From: Takakia lepidozioides
Lineage: Eukaryota; Plantae; Bryophyta
Assembly: GCA_030704615.1 (NCBI GenBank)
Contig: CM060732.1
Span: forward strand, 10,912,001-10,976,000
Direction of reading: 5' to 3'
DNA: 64,000 bases
The stretch's first letter is position 1, and the number at the start of each line of letters is the position of its first letter. Below are positions 58,756 through 64,000 of the stretch, piece by piece. Below the pieces are notes generated by a model. The model saw nothing but the letters and a program-made list of their open reading frames with translations, made no database searches and was not told the origin of the DNA. A program made the position numbers and the translations under genes.

Positions 58756-61700
58756 GCTTCAATCAACCTAAAATGAAGCAACAGTCAGTTTGGGGTACGG
58801 CACTGTTTTTGAAACCTCTGTCAAGTTTGTGTGTCGGCATGGCAAACTGGAATACTACAGCTCTACCCCTGAAGAGAGAAGGTCAGCAAAGGGGGTTGAG
58901 AGTCACATCAAGCGAGAGATGAACACCACCAGAAAAAATATTATGAGTGCTTTTGTGAAGCAGCTGACTAGAATTGCAGACCCAACCTTCGGACCAGAGT
59001 TCCTTCAAGAGGTGAAAAACCATTACAACAAACCAGGAAAGCCGGAGATGGCCTAGGAGAAGTTGCACAGGTTGTCTACCGCAGAACAGAAGGTGAAGTG
59101 GCTGCAAATATGGAACTCCAATCCCACTGTCAGGGACACCCACATGTTCCCTAGGCCGGAGAAAGAGAAGAAGACCCAACGTGTCATTCTAGTCAGTGAC
59201 AATATGATGGACACATGGCTTCACAAGGCCATTTACTGGAGCCAGGTATGATGTCCTTTGCTGTGTCACTTTCTTTTCGCTTTTCTGTCATTCTCTTTCG
59301 ATGTTTCATTGACTTGTTTTGTAGTTCATTCTTGCATTGGAATTGTTTTGCAGTTGGAGGAAATGGCCCAGTCTGTTCTACTTACGCAGCTGGCTGACTA
59401 TGGCATCACCATGACAACACCGAAGGTCACCTTCCAAGCATACATGCGGTAATGGAGAGCCACAATGTGGCAATCTTGTTTCTTCAGGGAGTTCAACAAG
59501 GAGGGTGGGATCAGTCGAACAAATGAGCTTGACCAGCAAGAGAAATGAGAGGAAGCCTGGAAACGATGCCTTTACAGGTGCAAAATGGCCTAGGCTTCTT
59601 TGTTTTGCAAAGACATTATCTCCTCCCTCCAACCTGATTTGTCTGGGCTCATATGAGTGTGCGGTGCCGCACACTCTTTTGTTCTGTCCGTGTGTAATAA
59701 CACCAACATACACACCCTGGGCCCTTCAGCCTATTTTGTGTGCGGTGATTAGAGTGTGCGGTGCCGCACACTCTTTTTGGGGGTCTTCGTGACGTGGTAG
59801 AAAATCTAGGAGACAATAGTTACAGTCTTTGTGCCGGCAGGTACATAAAGTATGTTCTCATGGCAGAGAACTGTTTGGACAAACATCCGGATTTCGTGGA
59901 CCTGTGGCTTATTCCTGCTGGCAACCATACCATGTTTACTATAGGGATCTTGCAGAACTGGGGCCCAAACCACCTTTCCAGCTGTGGTTGGTACTTGGAT
60001 TGCCCAGTTTCTGAGACCCCAATGCAGGAGGTGTCTTTGAGGGGAGAGAATGAGCGTGTAGCAGCCAGCGCCGCAACTGCTGACCTTCATGATAGAAATT
60101 TGAGGACGCTTGCAGAGAATGAGCCTCCCGCTCAGGATACCCCGGGTAAAGGTAGAAAGGGAAAGGGAAAGGATGCTGCTGTTGGTGGAGGGAAAGGAAG
60201 GGGTAAGGGGAATGGAGCACAGGGGCAGATAGGTGGGTAGGGAAGTGTTGCAGAAACTGGCCCAGCGGCAGATGTCCAGCCGGCCAAGGATACTCCACAA
60301 CATGGTAGGGGATCCAGGAGGAAGAAGAAGGGGGCGGTCGATCCTGAGGACCCGTACCATGCAGTGGAGCATCCCCTGAGGGTCATTCGCCCTACCAGGT
60401 TGGAGATGGCCAACGTCGGGTTCCTTGCCATGATGGAGTTCACGAAATCTGATTACAAGGGCGATCCTTCACCAGTGTGGGAGAGGATTGTGGAGTTCAT
60501 CGGCATGGTGCGTGTTGTCTTTTGCTTCTTTTGTGTTGTTTGAATGTTGTTTCAATCCTCTTGAGCATTTGCTTGCATGCTTTTTTGCAGGCAAAAATGA
60601 CCAAATCTTGGGTGAACGGGAAGGAGAAGACATATGCAGCCGCACTCATCATCTTGGACATCCCCGATGGGTTGACAGTCCCGGATGTCCCTCCAACGGG
60701 TGCTTGTCTAGGTTGGAATGCTTTTGATGAGCGCTACTGGCGGTGGGTTTTCTCCTTTTGCAACTTCTTTCTCTCCGATGCAGGTGTTTTGGTGCTTATC
60801 CAGTCCATCGACCTTCGCTGTCGCCGTGCACTTTCCAGCTATTTGAAAGCCTCAGGTATGAGGGTCGTGAAGACATGGAATTGTGTGAATAGCATGTATC
60901 TGACGAAGGGGGATCGTCCGGGAGAGATGGTTAATCTGCCTTCTTATTCCTCTTCTTGGTGGTTCTCAGATGGAATTGCATAAGTCACTCAAATGAATAT
61001 AGAGGGGCCGAGTTTTCAAGCTTCTTACTTCCTTGTGGATTCATGTTCGCAGACTTGTCTGTTTGAAGCGGTTTGTCTCGTCCGAGTGCATCCACCTACG
61101 ACTCCAGCCGTGATTAAGGAGTTCGCCATCACTCATGGGGGCAAGTTGAGGATAGATCCTCCCACGGATGACATGCACCACAACTACGTGGACAACAACA
61201 TGTGCTTGCGAAGGGGGAATGGGGTTCCTTGGAGAGGGGCCCATGGAGAGGAGCCCGGCTTTCATTCAAACGATTGTGGAGTGCTGCAACTATACCGACG
61301 CCAGAGTTTTGGATTTGTCCATGGGCACAGGTTCGTCTCTTCATCCTTCATATTTGATCGAGTTTGTTTGTGCATGCACTTTCAGCACTTCCTACCGTTC
61401 GAAAAGAGTCTTCAATGTCTGTTTCCTTCCTTCTATTCCATTGTAGGTGCTTCGTACCACGCTTGCCAGGCCAGTGCGCGACATCTTTTTGGGATTGAAG
61501 GGGATGCCAAAATTTGCAAGAACCTCATCATGGGTTTGGGTGGACAAACTTCTCAAGTCCTTCCGAAGCCCCTTCCCGGTGTTATTGATACTGGGGAGAT
61601 GTCCGACAAGGAGCTCGATGACGACTTTGCCTGTGAGTAAGTTCAACCTATGGATGCTTGTATTGTTGTTTCAATACCAAAATCACTGTTCTTAAGGCAA

Positions 61701-62023
61701 AGTGCACATGGGAGACATCATCTTCGAAAGACTTGTGCATTGCATCATTGTATTCAAGATGGTTTTTTCTCGTCTTGTGTAGGAGCCCGTGTACTTCCAC
61801 TGACCCTCAAGGACTATCACACCTTTTTGGACTTCTTTCAAGTCCTCATCAGTTTTACATGCTGCCCGTCTATGCGGAGGCACTCGTAGCAAGCATGTCC
61901 ATTCATGGCACTCGCAATCCAACCATCGACGTCCGTGGTAAAAAACGTGGTGTTGGGGCCGCAATCTTTGTGGATGACATAGCACAGGAGGTCAATTGTG
62001 ATTCTGATAACTGTGACACTTGA
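58756..62023 (+). pseudogene. Spliced gene with a C-terminal beta-class (N4C/N6A-type) DNA methyltransferase-like domain
   Basis: Phase-compatible exons ..60507, 60591-60929, 61053-61330, 61447-61636 and 61783-62023. They give ALIILDIPDG (motif IV-like) .. FLSDAGVLVLI .. ERSPAFIQTIVECCNYTDARVLDLSMGTG|ASYHACQASARHLFGIEGD (motifs X-I-II). Lesions: TAG 59054, TAG 60238 and a +1 frameshift in the G run at ~61235. Confidence 0.72.
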
Positions 62024-62170
62024 TATCAAGTTTTCTTTTGCTTTTATTCGGGGTCAATTTTGAAATGAGATGGTTGTGTGTCCATGTTGTCCTGTTTCTC
62101 TGTGACTGGACTCAGACAGAGGAGCTGGGGGCCAAAGTTCAAATGAATACGATTGTTTCAGGGGGGGGAC

Positions 62171-62720
62171 AAACATTGTGCGGTGCCGCACACTGTTTCG
62201 TGCTTCCATTTTGGTTTGATTTATGAAGTGAAGAGGGGCACAAACAGTGCTGACATTTCAGTGTGAGTGTAGCCTGAAAGAATGTGCTAAGTGCCTACAT
62301 TTCAAAGACTTAAAGAACAATGATGACGGGCTGAAACAGTGTGCGGTGCTGCACACTGTTTCTAGCTACCATTTCCATATGATTGAAGCCCAGTAGAAAA
62401 AGGTTGCTAGATCAAACAGAGGATCTGGGGGCTACAAATCAAACAGATACGATTGTTTCGGGGGGGGCATAAATAGTGTGCGGTGCCGCACACTGATTCG
62501 TGCTTCCATTGTGCAATGTTTGAAGTCTGGGGGAACAGATGTGGATGGCTACATCTCACAAAGAAAACAACTTTGACGACATGCAGAAACAGTGTGCGGC
62601 ACCGCACACTGCTTTCAGCTTCCACATATGTCATCCTCAATAGTTTGAATCATGTCCTATGATCATCATTTTGAACCATTTTGGAGGGGCAGAAACAGTG
62701 TGCGGTGCCGCACACTGTTT
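62171..62720. repeat. Right-hand array of the same palindrome, mostly inverted (TG loop)
   Basis: Copies at 62171, 62334, 62471, 62587 and 62693; a half copy at 62242. Confidence 0.9.
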
Positions 62721-62766
62721 TCAGCTTCCATTTCAGGGTGCTTGAATTTGCCGGCATGATTTCAAT

Positions 62767-64000
62767 CACTACAACAGATTGCGACTTTTATTACTCCCAT
62801 GGGTGCACAGTCATGACAGATTTGTGGCAGAAATGCTATTTGCAGTCGTAAAATGCTTTTGAAGTCATAATGTAGGTCTGGGGAAGGCATATATGGACTG
62901 TATGGCTCCGGACTCTGCGCAACACAGGTCAAACATGTTTGACCACGAATATTGGCATGGCAGATATGACTACTAGTCACGGTCATGGCTACACTGGAAT
63001 AACGTGTGCATATTGCTAGACAGACATATGACTTCATGACTCTCACTCTAATGCATTCTGCCAGATCATCACATGGATGAATCACTACATGACTGCACGT
63101 GTCGACACATGCTTTTCTGGTTATATATGTAATATATGAGTATTTATATTTTGAAAAAACAGCCACTAGAATAAATTTTAAAAAATAAAATAAAAATCAA
63201 AGTGCAAAGAGATTTAAAAAAAAGCACATCGGCTGGTAAGTGCACAGTGTGTCGCCTTGGTGGTTTGGGGTTCTAACCCGCTGCCCTTATCCGTGTGTGG
63301 GATTGTTGGTGACAGTATGTCTGGGCGTTGGTCGTCCTCTAGGTCTTATGGCCCATAAATGAAGGCGGGTGAATTTTTCCCCCTCCTCGAGGGCCTGTGG
63401 TTTCCTTTAAGAAAAGAAAAATAAAATAAAATAAAATAAATCAAAAAGGGGCTTTTAGGGTTTACAAAAAGGTTAAAAAACTTAAAAAGTTGCCCATCAC
63501 GGTAGCTGTAAACAGACTTAGAGCGAGCGGGAGAGAGAGAGAGAGCGGGCTGGGACTTAGAGCGAGCGAGCGGGAGGGAGGGCAAACATGCATGGGAGGC
63601 CCGCAATTGGAGCAACCTTCGCATCTGAAGCAAACATCCTAGAAATGCTAGGGTATGTGTGTGAGGAGGTGCTAGGGTATGTGTCCGAGGAGGTTTCGGC
63701 TGGATTTCAGCCTGTTTTGCCCTCTCATCAGACTCGGCCCTGAATTTGAATCATGGAGCAGAGCTGGCATGAGTTTTTTAAAGATCCTTCACGATGGTGC
63801 GACAACCGCAATCGCAAGGTGTGGCTTTTTCTTAATGTACGATGTGAAGAAGTTTGTCCATCCTGCAAATGTGGGTTGTTGGCTCCTGTTAGTACCATGA
63901 TTTGATATTCTTCCTGATGTTTACAAGGTTCTTGGGAGAGTCAGCTTGGTCTTAGCAGGCCGTGTTTCAATGTCTGCCTGCTCAGCTGCACCGTGGTGCA
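62767..64000 (+). mobile_element. Possible left end of a CACTA element running out of the window
   Basis: CACTACAAC abuts the array; short tandem duplications at 63514-63570 and 63645-63685. No partner end is visible. Confidence 0.3.

Larger units (their letters stand above)
57560..62760. mobile_element. DNA-transposon-like element (CACTA/Mutator/foldback-type) with inverted subterminal arrays and a cargo gene
   Basis: The left array 57713-58716 and the right array 62171-62720 share a 28-bp palindrome. 62100-62390 is an inverted homologue of ~57680-58030. A CACTA occurs at 57562, but no matching TAGTG or TSD was found, so ends and superfamily are uncertain. Confidence 0.65.

Overview
Eukaryotic nuclear DNA from a land plant, with GT-AG introns; bryophyte- or lycophyte-like gene style is my impression only. 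Left half, host genes: a degenerate NLR-type LRR remnant, a NUFIP1/Rsa1-like zinc-finger gene head-to-head with a G-protein gamma subunit gene, an EXORDIUM/Phi-1 gene, an ABCD transporter gene, an F-box/kelch gene and an intronless PHT1 phosphate transporter with a P1BS/CTTC-rich promoter. The ABCD gene has three exons flipped onto the opposite strand between inverted LINE 3' ends. Right half, nested mobile DNA with two standouts. (1) A complete 10.8-kb Ty3/gypsy-type retroelement (40678-51475, 4-bp TSD) has split direct repeats (B...A-B-A) in place of two LTRs. It also has an internal GACA-GC-TGTC att-like palindrome, and a hairpin loop complementary to its own PBS position that covaries in a second, diverged element. 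It encodes a DNMT3-like C5 cytosine methyltransferase between protease and RT, plus an integrase-linked PHD finger. (2) A DNA-transposon-like element bracketed by arrays of a 28-bp palindrome carries a spliced, now broken beta-class (N4C/N6A-type) DNA methyltransferase gene. Also present: a TTAA-flanked piggyBac-like element, two TA-flanked MITEs, hAT-like MITEs, LINE fragments and a PPR pseudogene. All homology calls rest on motif recognition by eye; no searches were run.
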